Of a stretch of DNA of 64,000 nucleotides, positions 26,170 to 38,572 are shown piece after piece. The stretch is from positions 2,046,001 to 2,110,000 of the forward strand of contig OX597826.1 of NCBI GenBank assembly GCA_951406725.2. Direction: 5' to 3'. Source of the stretch: Octopus vulgaris. Its lineage: Eukaryota. Both the position numbers and the translations under genes were made by a program. Within the stretch, counting starts at the first letter, position 1. Every line of letters starts with the position of its first letter. Below the pieces are notes generated by a model that worked only from the letters and a program-made list of their open reading frames with translations, was not told the origin of the DNA and made no database searches.

Positions 26170-27045
26170 AGTGGTTTCAGATTTTGGTACAAAGGCAACA
26201 ATTTCGAAGTAAGGAGTTTGTTGATTACATCGACCCCACTGCTAGACTGGTATTTATTCTGTCGAACCCATAAAGATTAAAATCAAACTTGACTTCAGGT
26301 GGATTTGAACCATAATGACGGACAAAATGTCGCTAAGGCCTTTTTGCCCGACATGCTAACGTTTCAGCCAGCTCACCGCTTTGATATTGTTGTAGCATTA
26401 AAGGGTTGCGCTGCTGGATGTCTGGGTATTAAATATTGGTTTAAAATTTTGGCACAATATCAGGAATTTCGGTGTGGTGAGCTAGTTGATTACATCAATC
26501 CCAGTATTCAACTGGTACTTATTTTAGCGGCTTCGAAAGGACGAAAATCAAAGCCAATCTTGGTGAAATTTGAAATCAGAGCGTAGGAGTGGCTGTGTGG
26601 TAAGTAGCTTGCTTACCACGTTCAGTCCCACTGCATGGCACCTTGGGGAAGTGTCTTCTACTATAGCCTCGGGCCGACCAAAGACTTGTAAGTGGATTTG
26701 GTAGATATATATATATATATATATATATACGTGTGTGTGTGTGTGTGTGTGTGTATATGTTTGTGTATCTGTGTTTCTCTCCCCAACATCGCTTGACAAC
26801 CGATGCTGGTGTGTTTACGTCCCCGTAACTTGGCGGTTCGGCAAAAGAGACCGATAGAATAAATATTAGGCTTACAAAGAATAAGTCCTGGGGTCGATTT
26901 GTTCGACTAAAGGCGGTGCTCCAGCATGGCCACAGTCAAATGGCTGAAACAAGTAAAAGAGTAAAAGAGAACTTAAAGATGAATGAAATTCCGCTAAGCA
27001 TTTTTGCCCAACATGCTAACTATTCTTCCAGCCCGCTGCCGCCTT
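26170..27045 (-). mobile_element. Two diverged family B copies, the second interrupted by a family A SINE
   Basis: B-like reverse sequence at ~26170-26385 and at ~26435-26580 plus 26970-27045. The flank TTGATATTGTTGTA.CATTAAAGG.TTGCGCTGCTGGATGT is also duplicated at ~26381 and ~27044. Confidence 0.75.
26581..26969 (+). mobile_element. SINE family A nested in a family B copy
   Basis: GCGTAGGAGTGGCTGTGTGG head to GTAAAAGAG tail; B sequence resumes afterwards. Confidence 0.9.
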
Positions 27046-27154
27046 GATATTGTTGTAACATTAAAGGATTGCGCTGCTGGATGTAGAGGTATTCAACGTT
27101 GCCCACATTATTGTGCTTTATTGCTGTACCATGCTTAGTGTTAACTATGAATGT

Positions 27155-27345
27155 AAGGCGGTAAGCTGACAAAATCCTTAACTCGTCGGACAAGATGCTT
27201 AGTAGTTCTTCTGGTTCCTAATGTTCTGGGTTCGAATTCTGTCTGGGTCAACTTTTCCTTTAACCTTTCGGAGTCAATAAAGTACCAGTCAAGTATTGGG
27301 GGATCAATGTAATCGACAAAATCCTACACAATTTGAAACAATTAT
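27155..27345 (+). mobile_element. Diverged SINE family B
   Basis: AAGGCGGTAAGCTGAC head, B box and core. Confidence 0.75.
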
Positions 27346-27427
27346 CGACGTAAATAATTCACCATATATTTTGTGGTTTTGACTTTTTATAATAAATTAT
27401 CATTATTTTTAAATATTATTTGTGAGG

Positions 27428-27726
27428 GCATTCGGCTCGCGATCGTAGGGTCTCGAGTTCGATTCTCGGCGGTGCTTTATGTCCTTGAGCAAGACACTTT
27501 ATTTCACATTGCTCCAGTCCGCTCAGCTGGCAAAAATGAGTTGCACCTGTATTTCAGGGGTCAGCCTTGTCACACTCATTGTTACGCTGAATCTCCTTCA
27601 GAAGTATATGAAAGGGTACGCGTGTCTGTGGTGTGCTCAACCACTTGCACGTTAATCTCACGGGCAGGCTGTTCCGTTGATCGGATCAACTGGAGCCCTC
27701 GTCGTCGTAAGCGACGGAGTGCCAGT
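27428..27726 (+). mobile_element. SINE family C
   Basis: B box GAGTTCGATTCTC, core GTCCTTGAGCAAGACACTTTATTTCAC and tail CGACGGAGTGCCA. Confidence 0.88.
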
Positions 27727-27770
27727 TTATTTTTTAAAATAAGAATTTATTAGTAATTGTTGATATCACC

Positions 27771-27885
27771 GAGGCGGCGAGCTGGCAGAATCATAAGCGC
27801 GTCGGATAAAATGCTTAGCGGCGTTGCGTCTGCCTTCTGAGTTCAAATTCTGCCGAGGTCACTTTTACCTTTCATCCTTTCGATT
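27771..27885 (+). mobile_element. SINE family B 5' fragment
   Basis: GGCGGCGAGCTGGCAGAATC head to the core. Confidence 0.8.
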
Positions 27886-28124
27886 TGATTATCGTGTTAT
27901 AAGAAACTTTACTGATTTTCGAAATGGAACTGTATACCATTTCGAATGGAATTATCTTCTTATTGGAATTTTCTCTCTAATCTCGATATGGGACCAACTG
28001 TATTTGATGTATTGATTAAGGAATTTTATTAATCAATCATCGACTCATGAATGTTTATGTTAGAGACTAACAAACTGCGTTTTACCGCCATCACTCACCT
28101 GATTCTACTACATTATTATTTATC

Positions 28125-28482
28125 GTGGCACTCCGTCGGTTGCGACGACGAGGGTTCCAGTTGATCTGACCAACAGAACAGCCTGTTCGTAAAATTAACG
28201 TGCAAGTGGCTGAGCACTCCACAGACACGTGTGCCCTTAACGTAGATCTCGGGGAGATTCAGCGTGACACAGAATATGATAAGGCTGGCCCTTTCAAATA
28301 CGGGTACAAGAGAAACAGGAAGAAAGAGTGAGAGAAAGTTGTGGTGACAGAGTACAGCAGGGTTGGCCACCCTTAGGTGTTTTCGCTCAGTAAACACTCA
28401 CAACACTCCGTCTGGGAATCGAAACCGCGATCCTAAGACCGCCAGTCTGCTGCCCCAACCACTGGACCATTGCGCCTCCACT
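28125..28482 (-). mobile_element. Chimeric SINE: family D-type head with family C-type 3' half
   Basis: 28305-28482 matches 24795-25002; 28125-28300 matches the reverse complement of 27545-27726. Confidence 0.85.
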
Positions 28483-29182
28483 ATTATTAATAGACATACA
28501 GGACCTTTTATCTCCAGACAAAAAGCCCGTCCTTTTCCTTAATGTCAATTCTGGAGAAAATTCTGAATTCGTGACGGATTATTTCCCTTCCCAAGTGGAA
28601 CTTATAATTGGCATTTGATAATGAATATTCTTTAGATGCGGAGGTAATTCTCATAAATCATGAAGTTTTGTTTAACATAGCGGTATTTATCTATGTTTTT
28701 GAAATACAGGCAAAAAGCCACTTCCAGTTTCTTTTAACTCAATATTGCTTAAATTATGCGCGGGTGTATAATGTAATATACACCATAACATAATATGATG
28801 GAGACTATATATGATGTAGAACATAATATATAAATTATATATATATATATATATAAAATAAAGCCGGTGCTCCAGCATGACCACAGTCAAATGACTGAAA
28901 CAAATAAAAGCAAAAAAATACATACATACATATACAAATATACAGCTGCATACCTATAATGATCGTGCGTGCGCATCCATCATACATGTGTACACATACA
29001 CAAACACGCAAAAGTACGCACCAACACCCATCCACCTACATAGCTCTACACCGTTCGGTGTTTGTATGTATTCGCCATCTGTATTTATGAATCACTGAAA
29101 CCACCCATCACTCTTTGGCATTGTCTGTCCCTCTCTCTCCTTCTCTACCTCATTATTGATCTATCCGCCTTTCTTTTTGCCA

Positions 29183-29760
<578 letters not shown>

Positions 29761-30559
29761 ATTCGATATCTAATGATTTGTTAAATATCAACCATAAGCT
29801 TTTTGAATTACTGTTTCAATTCCATTGTTTTTTTTCCCCTCCTTTTTCGGAATCTCATAAAATATGATTGATGACATCAGGTCCTGTGGGGTTACAGAAA
29901 ACTTTCTCTTCCAATTACCCATACAATTAAATATGCAGATTTTGTTTTGGTGAAGAAGTTCTGAGACGAGGTCAAAGGTTTTAAATATATTCAGACTATG
30001 GTCTTTGCTTTCCACATGAATCCTCTCTTTCCATTTGAATAAAACCTTTCAAATTAACCATTTAACGTTAATGCTTGTTTTACGGTGATAACATAGCCAT
30101 AAGCAGATGAAAGACGAATCATTGTCTTAATATAACATTGTGTATTATCGTTATCTTCACCCGGGATCGTATCATACAATTCCCTCTTTCTTAATCAATA
30201 TTTACGAAAGGTTTGTACTCTGTGCAAAGCATAGCAAAACGGACCAACCTTTTTACTACAGAAATATATCCACTCAGAATTTCATTACTCTCAACTGCAG
30301 AAAGCAGTTTTGTATACCAATCTATCTATTGTTGGGAAATGTCACGTTTGAAACTAGTTTTTGTTGAGATATGTCAAGTTTATCGAGGTAAATGCGACTT
30401 ACAGAAAAGATCAATTCTATTTTTGGTAGATGTTTATATCAGTACTGGAATAACATTGATATTTAATTTCAGAGTTAAAGAGTTAAATCCAAAATTCAGT
30501 TTCCGACCAGAGATAACAACAGAAATCATGCCGCAGATTTTAACTGAAGAAAGACGCAT

Positions 30560-30730
30560 AATTTAGGCGGTTTTATACAACGTATAATTAATATATGACG
30601 TGTAATTTAAACGATTTTATATAACGCATAATTTATATATGATGTATAATTTGAGCGGGTTTATATAACGTATAATTTATATATGTCAAATAATTTACAT
30701 ATAATACATAATTGAAGTGGTTTTACATCT
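30560..30730 (+). repeat. AT-rich minisatellite, period ~44 bp (two ~22-bp halves)
   Basis: AATTT...G.TTTATATAACGTATAATTTATATATG recurs 3-4 times. Confidence 0.75.
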
Positions 30731-31134
30731 AAAATTACGCTAATACAATCAACTTTAGAGCACCTCATGTGTGTGAAGGACATACAACGTTTGTGTTATC
30801 TTGTTCATTAGTTGTTTAATTCTAGATCCTTCTTGAATAAGCAACTATATATTCAAAGACGTTCCAAACATGTCCATCCTAGTGCATATTACTTCAATTA
30901 TGTATTTCTTTTATAAGATGTTAGTGTGTTATTCGAGAGACATTTGACTGCTGTTTACAGCAGTAAAGACTTGCCACAGAAGATAATGCAATTCGTACCA
31001 GATCCCATGTCGTCACATCCTGACACTGATAGCTCGTGCTAGCTTCAAAGCAATAGATTTTATTCTTAAATCTGCTGCCATACAAGACTTCAATATGGTA
31101 ATATGGTAATTGGAAGCATTATCGAAGATTTGTC

Positions 31135-31525
31135 CGGCAGTGAGCTAGCAGTAACTTTACAGTGCCGGACAAAATGCTTAGCGGTATTTCATCTGTCTTT
31201 ACGTTCTGAGTTCAAATTCCACCGAGGTCGACTTTGCCTTTCATCCTTTCGGGGTCGATTAAATAAGTACCAGTTACGCACTGGGGTCGATGTAATCGAC
31301 TTAATCCATTTGTCTGTCCTTGTTTGTCTTCTCTGTGTTCAGGGTAGTAAAGAAATAGGTATTTCATCTGTCTTTACATTCTGAGTTGAAATTCCACCGA
31401 GGTCGACTTTACCTTTCATTATTTCGACGCTGATAAATTGAAGTACCAGTTGCGCATTGGGGGTCGATGTAATCGACTACACACTTCCACCCAATTTCCA
31501 GCCTTGGGATTATGTTAGATATTAT
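31135..31525 (+). mobile_element. Long-tail family B unit (31203-31357) inserted in register into an older B copy
   Basis: GGTATTTCATCTGTCTTTAC is duplicated at 31183-31202 and 31358-31377. Confidence 0.88.
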
Positions 31526-31541
31526 CATTATTATTATTATT

Positions 31542-32080
31542 GAGTGAGAAATCATTGCATGCCATCAAAGTGAAACTGGGGTAAAATACACGAAGCCCAT
31601 CATGACTACTCGTCTGATAAGGGTACTCAAGGCACATGCATCACAAACATATGTACGCGACTTGGTGATCTCATATCAAGATAAACAGCACATGACCTTG
31701 CAGGTGGGGCCCCAGTTAGAATTTTCTTTCGGTCGAGTAACCCATCCCGCTCAAAAGGTCCCTGAATAAGGGTTGTTTAAGGATGTTGAACGAAACACCC
31801 ATTATCCCAGTGGTGAATTATTCAAACCCCAAAGAATCCCTCTCAACACATGGCTATGATGCTCCCCCACTACTTCTGCTCCTGATCAGAGATGCACATA
31901 TCGTCAGGCACTAAGGGACATGCTTTAACTAGTTAAAGTCATAGAACTGACAAGCAAATCTGTGGTATTCAGCAGAATATTTGCTGTAGCCCATCTTTTA
32001 TACCAAGACAAAACAATGTACATGATAACACTTCCTATCAGTTAAGATCAGAAGCCACGTGGGCCACTGCGTGGTACTGT
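31542..32080. mobile_element. Unclassified interspersed repeat between (ATT)n tracts
   Basis: Complex sequence flanked by (ATT)n; its left end recurs in reverse at 62918-62953, again inside (AAT)n. Confidence 0.6.
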
Positions 32081-32081
32081 A

Positions 32082-32163
<82 letters not shown>

Positions 32164-32287
32164 GTTATTGTTATTATTATTATTATTGTTATTGTTATTG
32201 TTGTTATTATTATTGTTATTGTTATTGTTATTGTTATTATTATTATTATTGTTATTGTTATTGTTGTTATTATTATTGTTATTGTTA

Positions 32288-32355
<68 letters not shown>

Positions 32356-32373
32356 GTTATTATTATTATTATT

Positions 32374-32585
32374 AAAGGCGGCAAGCTGGCAGAATCGGTA
32401 GCACGCCTTACAAGATGCTCAGGGGCATTTCGTCCGTCTTTATGTTCTGAGATCGTATACCGCCGAAGTCGACTTTACCTTTCATTCTTTCGGGGTCAAT
32501 AAAATGAAATATTAGCATCGATGTAATTGGCTAACACCCTCTCTCAAATTTTCAGGCCTTGCGCCTATATTAGAAAGGATTATTA
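32374..32585 (+). mobile_element. SINE family B, short-tail form
   Basis: Homologous to 4635-4853. Confidence 0.85.
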
Positions 32586-32605
32586 AATATTTGTTTATGA
32601 TTGTT

Positions 32606-33050
32606 GGCATGGTTATGTGATTAAAAATTTGGCTTGGCAACCACGTGGTTTCGGTTTCAAACCCACTGCACGGCACAATGGGCAAGTGTCTTCTACTGTA
32701 GCCTCCGATGACTTTATGAGTGATATTGGCTGACGGAAACTGTGTGCAAGCCAGTTGTGCTTGTTTGTGTGTGTGTGTATGTGTGTGTGTGCTTGAGTGT
32801 ATTTGTTTGTATGTATGTATGTATGTATGTATCTACCTATCTATCTATACACATACATATATAGGAATGTGTGTGTGGCATTGTGTTTACGTTTGTCTCT
32901 CTTAATTCGTGTGACTCGATAATGGTTTGTTTATGTCACCGTAACTTAGTAGAAAAGCAAAAAGGCCCAGTAGAATAAATATTGGACAAATCGCACAAGG
33001 CGGTGCTCCAGCATAGCCGTATTCCAATGACTGAAGCCAGTAAAAGAATA
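32606..33050 (+). mobile_element. Diverged SINE family A
   Basis: GGGCAAGTGTCTTCTACT core, internal (TG)n and GGCGGTGCTCCAGCAT tail. Confidence 0.8.
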
Positions 33051-33261
33051 ACTGAGACACTTCATAGGGAAACATTTCGAACTAAATTTCTTTCATTTCT
33101 TATATATTATTTATTAGTTTTTCATCGCGCCTTCTAAAACCCTTAAAATCACCAATTATCTTGTCCCAAGTCGGAAGTAATTAACCGTTTTAAATATTTA
33201 AATCCTTAAAAATGTTTTAGCCCGAAGGCCGCGGCCATGCTGGGGCACCACCGCTGTGAAA

Positions 33262-33663
33262 TTTTGGAAGAAAGGCAGTATGTTTGGGGATGGGCTAAGT
33301 CGATTAAACCAACCCTATTTTTCAACTGGTACTTATTTTATCGACTCCAAAGGGATGAAAGGCAAAGTCGACCCTGGCACAGTTTGAACTCAGAATGTAA
33401 AGCATTTTGCAAGGCATGCTAACGGTTCTTATTTCTTTATTGCCCAACAAGGGGCCAAACATAGAGGGGACGAAGAAGGACAGACAAAGGGATTAAGTCG
33501 ATTACATCGGCCCCAGTGTGTAACTGGTACTTAATTTATCGACCCCGAAAGAATGAAAGGCAAAGTCGACCTCGGCGGAATTTGAACTCAGAACTTAACG
33601 GCAGACGAAATACGGCTACGCGTTTCCCCCGGCGTGCAAACGTTTCTGTCAGATCGCCGCCTT
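33262..33663 (-). mobile_element. Long-tail family B unit (33430-33663) joined to an older B copy (33262-33429)
   Basis: Minus-strand junction GGGCAATAAAGAAATA|AGAACCGTTAGCATGCC. Confidence 0.88.
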
Positions 33664-34079
33664 AGTACCACATATAATATAAATATTCAACTATGGTAGC
33701 CAGCTCAATCATGGTATCATGGTGGATCTTGCAATTATACACTTCGAAACCAAAGGAACGCTGCCAAGAGATAATCACAAATGCTTCATCAATGAAATTA
33801 TATGGGTAATCAATCCACACTTACAGACGTAAAAATTATGAGCTCGCATCCCACTTTGAAAATATCTACGTATGATTTAATGCTGGTTGAGGTCAGGCCT
33901 CTTAAAATATAGCGAAGCCTTTGGACGCAGCTTATATATGTATTTATGATTTATAATGCTCTCATCATTTCACTCTATGAAACCATTCGAGTTTTGAGTA
34001 GGCTAAATATAAACCTCGTATGTTTTTGTTATTTTAATGCAAGCTCCCATTATTTATTTAATAGTAATAATAATTGCGC

Positions 34080-34189
<110 letters not shown>

Positions 34190-34619
34190 GTCTGTCTGTC
34201 TATCTATCTATCTGTCTGTCTGTCTATCTATCTATCTGTCTGTCTATCAGTTTGTCTATCTGTCTATCTACGTATATATTTATCTATTTTTCAATTTAAT
34301 GATGATGATGATGAAGGTGATGATGATGATAATACCGATGAAGATGATTAATATGTAACTTACATAAGTTTTGACCTTCGTTGGTCCAGGCCATGAGTTG
34401 TCTCTTAAGTCATGGTTTAGAACAATATAACCGAGCGGAGTAGTGCAACAGGAGCTGTTTGCCGAGATGTATCCAGATGTCGTTGGTTTGTCTGATATTT
34501 CCTGGAAGAATTTTTCGAGGTGATGTTTGAAAGTTACAGGATCTCTCTCTTCGAATTCTTTCGGAATAATGCTGAATAAAGCAGGAAGAAATGTTGTGCC
34601 GCAATGCTGTTATGTGATA

Positions 34620-34918
34620 TCTCTTTTTACTCTTTTACTTGTTTTAGTCATTTGACTGCGGCCATGCTGGAGCACCGCCTTTAATCGAGCAAGTCGACCC
34701 TATGACTTATTCTTTGTAAGCCTAGTACTTATTCTATCGGCCTCTTATGCAGAACCGCTAAGTTACGGGGACGTAAACTCACTAGCATCGGTTGTCAAGC
34801 AATGCTTGACACAAACACACATACACAGACACACAAACACAGACACAAACACACATATACATATACATATATACAACGGGCATGGTGCCACGCAGTGGGA
34901 CTGAATCCGAAACCATGT
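34620..34918 (-). mobile_element. SINE family A with internal deletion
   Basis: Tail and B-box region present; middle missing. Confidence 0.85.
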
Positions 34919-35173
34919 GAAGGCTGGAAGGTATATCAGCCGAAACATTGTGTTAACAACAAACAAGATGAGAACAAATATCCGTCAAATGTAAATAATG
35001 TAAATAAAGAATAATGTTTATATGTTGTGCTTGAAAATAAAGAACAGATAGTTCGACAAAGGACCTGACAGCAAGTTTTATTAAGTTAATGACACAACAT
35101 GGTGATACAAATTGCCAAAAATCATAATAAAAATTCGAAAAACGTTTGAGCCGACCTAGTATATATATAACTA

Positions 35174-35694
35174 CCGTAAATCTTCGAATATAGACCGCCC
35201 TTGATTATAATACGCAGGGGTTTTTAGTGGGTTGCACCTCTGTTAAACCTAAACCTTTTGTATAATACACACTCCTTCTCTAACTTGAGTCATGCGTAAT
35301 AAAGCCAGCAGCACTTAGTCGAACAAACACTTCCGCGCATGCGTAATACAATAATGGCGATGTTCTTAACTGTTATATGGGAATGTAAATATGATTGCAA
35401 ATTGTTTTTGTTATATGTTATTCCGTGTTCTGAATACTTTTATTTTAATAAATGTTGCTTACTGCAAGTTATGGATGATTCTTTTATGATTTCATTACTT
35501 TCAGGCTTAGCTTAAGTTATTTTCACACCCGACATCACAAAAGGCGTCTGAATAAACATTGCCGGACAGCAAATAGAGACTCGGACATTGCTTAGAAAAT
35601 ATTTTTCATTTTTAACCTCGTATATAGTACGCACTAGAGATTTTGACCTTTACATTTTGGGTAAAAAATGCGGATTGTACTCGAGGATTTACGG
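35174..35694. mobile_element. Non-autonomous Tc1/mariner-superfamily (Tc2/pogo-like) DNA transposon
   Basis: TIRs CCGTAAATCTTCGAATATAGACCGC and GCGGATTGTACTCGAGGATTTACGG; left flank TA, right flank TC; internal subterminal repeat. Confidence 0.8.
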
Positions 35695-36322
35695 TCTATA
35701 TATTTAATGTATCAATATCCAACTAATCTCTTTTCAGTTATGAAAAACAACTTTTAACTCATTCTGAGACGTTGAAGCTAATCCAACCGGTAAATACCAA
35801 TTTCGAATTAATTTCATCGCTTCTGGTTCTCATACTCGCTTTATACACGTGTCAAGTTTTTGTGACTGTCACCGCTCATTCATTAAACTACTCTTAACGA
35901 CCTTCATCTCTCTGTCAGCTCTTAGCATTCGGCTTCCTTTGTTTTACATGCTATCGCTCATAGCATCCAGATAATTGAAGCTTTCAACACCTCTTCTATG
36001 GATTCTGCAACACACCTCCTACTACATAAAACGCTTTGCTGGCCTCCGTTTTAGATTCGTGTTCTCTGATCAATGCTGCCCTTATGGCTTCCATCTTTCC
36101 TCTCTATAACCAAATCAATGATTATAGCGTACATTTTTACAACTATATTTAAGGAAGCGCCTTCGGGCTGGGAAATGCAGTTATAACCCTTAAGATATTG
36201 TTAAAAAAGATGAAATTATACTCTACATGTTAAATATATGTGACCCTTTTTAGAATTGTGGGCAAATTAATTATTAAGTCTGCCTACCTGTTTACATGTC
36301 AGTCTGTCTGTCTGTGAGTCTG

Positions 36323-36384
<62 letters not shown>

Positions 36385-36442
36385 AAACTATCCCTGTTTC
36401 TCTCCACCTCTCTTTCTCTCTATCTACCCGCCCGTCTGTATG

Positions 36443-36512
<70 letters not shown>

Positions 36513-37162
36513 CCTGTCCCTCTCTCTCCCTCCCCCTCTCTTACTCCCTCTCCCCTCCCTCTCTTTTAAAGAGTCATAAGCAAGCTTTCCCTCCTAAGTA
36601 GAAGACAAAAAAAAAAAAAATAAGAATTTTAATGTTGTTAACTGCTGTATAAAACGGCTGAAAACAGTTCCCGGTTTCGACCCGGGAAATTGAGGAGCAC
36701 CATAGATAGGATCCGAAACATCTGTCCCTTCGTTTGGCACGGGAGGCGAAACACACCGCCTACGCGCAGTTTTACCTGAAATACAATCTAGCTTATAGTT
36801 AAAGTTAGAATTAATACTATTCTAACCTGTATTTTATTCACAAATCTACATTGCTGACTTTTGATTAAAAGGCAAGATTATTGATTCTCAAATCCCCCGA
36901 CCAAAACTATCCGCGAGCACCATGGGTGTTTAATTAGAGATTAAAATCAGCTTCAGAAGATTAATGAAGGAAGATACATCATTGCCTTATAATAGATGAT
37001 AATGATGATGGTGATGATGATGATGATGACGATGATGATGTTGATGATGATGACGATGATTATGATGATGATAACGCGAGTAATAATGATTATTTAACAA
37101 CAACAGCAACACTACTTCCCTCCCCCACCCCCACTACAATCAATAACAACAATAACAACAAC

Positions 37163-37222
<60 letters not shown>

Positions 37223-37323
37223 CATAGATCTGCCAGGAAGATGTAAAACAACATGGAGCTACTAATACAACAAAGAGAAATTTAGTATTGGCTAATAAAC
37301 ATGCATTTCTTCTTCTTCTTCTT

Positions 37324-37382
<59 letters not shown>

Positions 37383-37893
37383 CTTAACAAACTGCTAATA
37401 TTACTTGTACTACTACTACTATCACCACCACCACCACTACCACGACCACCGCCGCCGCCGCCGCCATCATTATCGTCGTCGTCGTCGTCATCATCTTCAT
37501 CATCAAAACTGTATAACCTAGCTACAAGCATTAAACTGCGCAGAGCGCATATGCTTGAATATTTACATACATGCAAACATACGTACATACGTACACACAC
37601 GCGCAGACACACGCACGCACGCACACACACATATAAACACATATAGATACGTACATTTATTGAACTACATACCAGCACTCACACACACACACACACGCAC
37701 ACGCACCCACATGTAGCCGTCATTGCTCGGTTCAGACGGTTGGCACCCTTCACTGGCCACGTCTTTCAATTGTCTACATAGTTCCAGTCTTTGACCTATA
37801 GCCATACTCTAGCACAGATTTCTGAAGATGTAGCTGATTGCTATACAGTTCTACAAAATATACTTTTTTAGCGAACACAACATATATATCATA

Positions 37894-37987
<94 letters not shown>

Positions 37988-38051
37988 CTTCCTGATGATT
38001 TCTTTTGAATGAAACAGTACTAGTCCTGTAGAAGCTCCTTCTATATAATAA

Positions 38052-38111
<60 letters not shown>

Positions 38112-38144
38112 GATTGGGATACATAAACATATATAAGGATACAT

Positions 38145-38183
38145 AGGCGCAGGAGTGGCTGTGTGGTAAGTAGCTTGCTAACC
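38145..38183 (+). mobile_element. 5' part (A box) of the family A SINE split by the LINE
   Basis: AGGCGCAGGAGTGGCTGTGTGGTAAGTAGCTTGCTAACC. Confidence 0.95.
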
Positions 38184-38572
38184 TCACTGACAGAAGAGTG
38201 ACTTTGCTTACCGTACTACGGTTTGGACGCGTTTTCTTCCCGGTAAGAATTTTGCTGTGTTGTTAATTGTTGAATTCCTACTACTGAAAATTTGCCATTA
38301 AACGTTGCCGAACTGTCTTGTTCTCCGGTTTTACCGGGAAGTAATTGAATAATTTCTTACCGTTGAACTGTTAGCCACTGTGGCTTTTTATTTACGTGAC
38401 TATACATAGTCCTGCCAGACTATTTTCGTGCCCCTCCCCCGAATGGGGGTGGGAATTGGAATTTTTGAACTACTTTTTTGAACTACTTTGGAAGAAAAAC
38501 TTTCTATAGGTTTCCCAGTTTTGTGGGAAACCAATACTCGTAATTTTTGTGTTGTCTAATTTCAACAGAATA

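Noticed and set aside
35880-36120. Decayed LINE RT fragment on the minus strand (KSKTE- and VESFNYL-like)
   Set aside because: Too fragmentary to call without a profile search.
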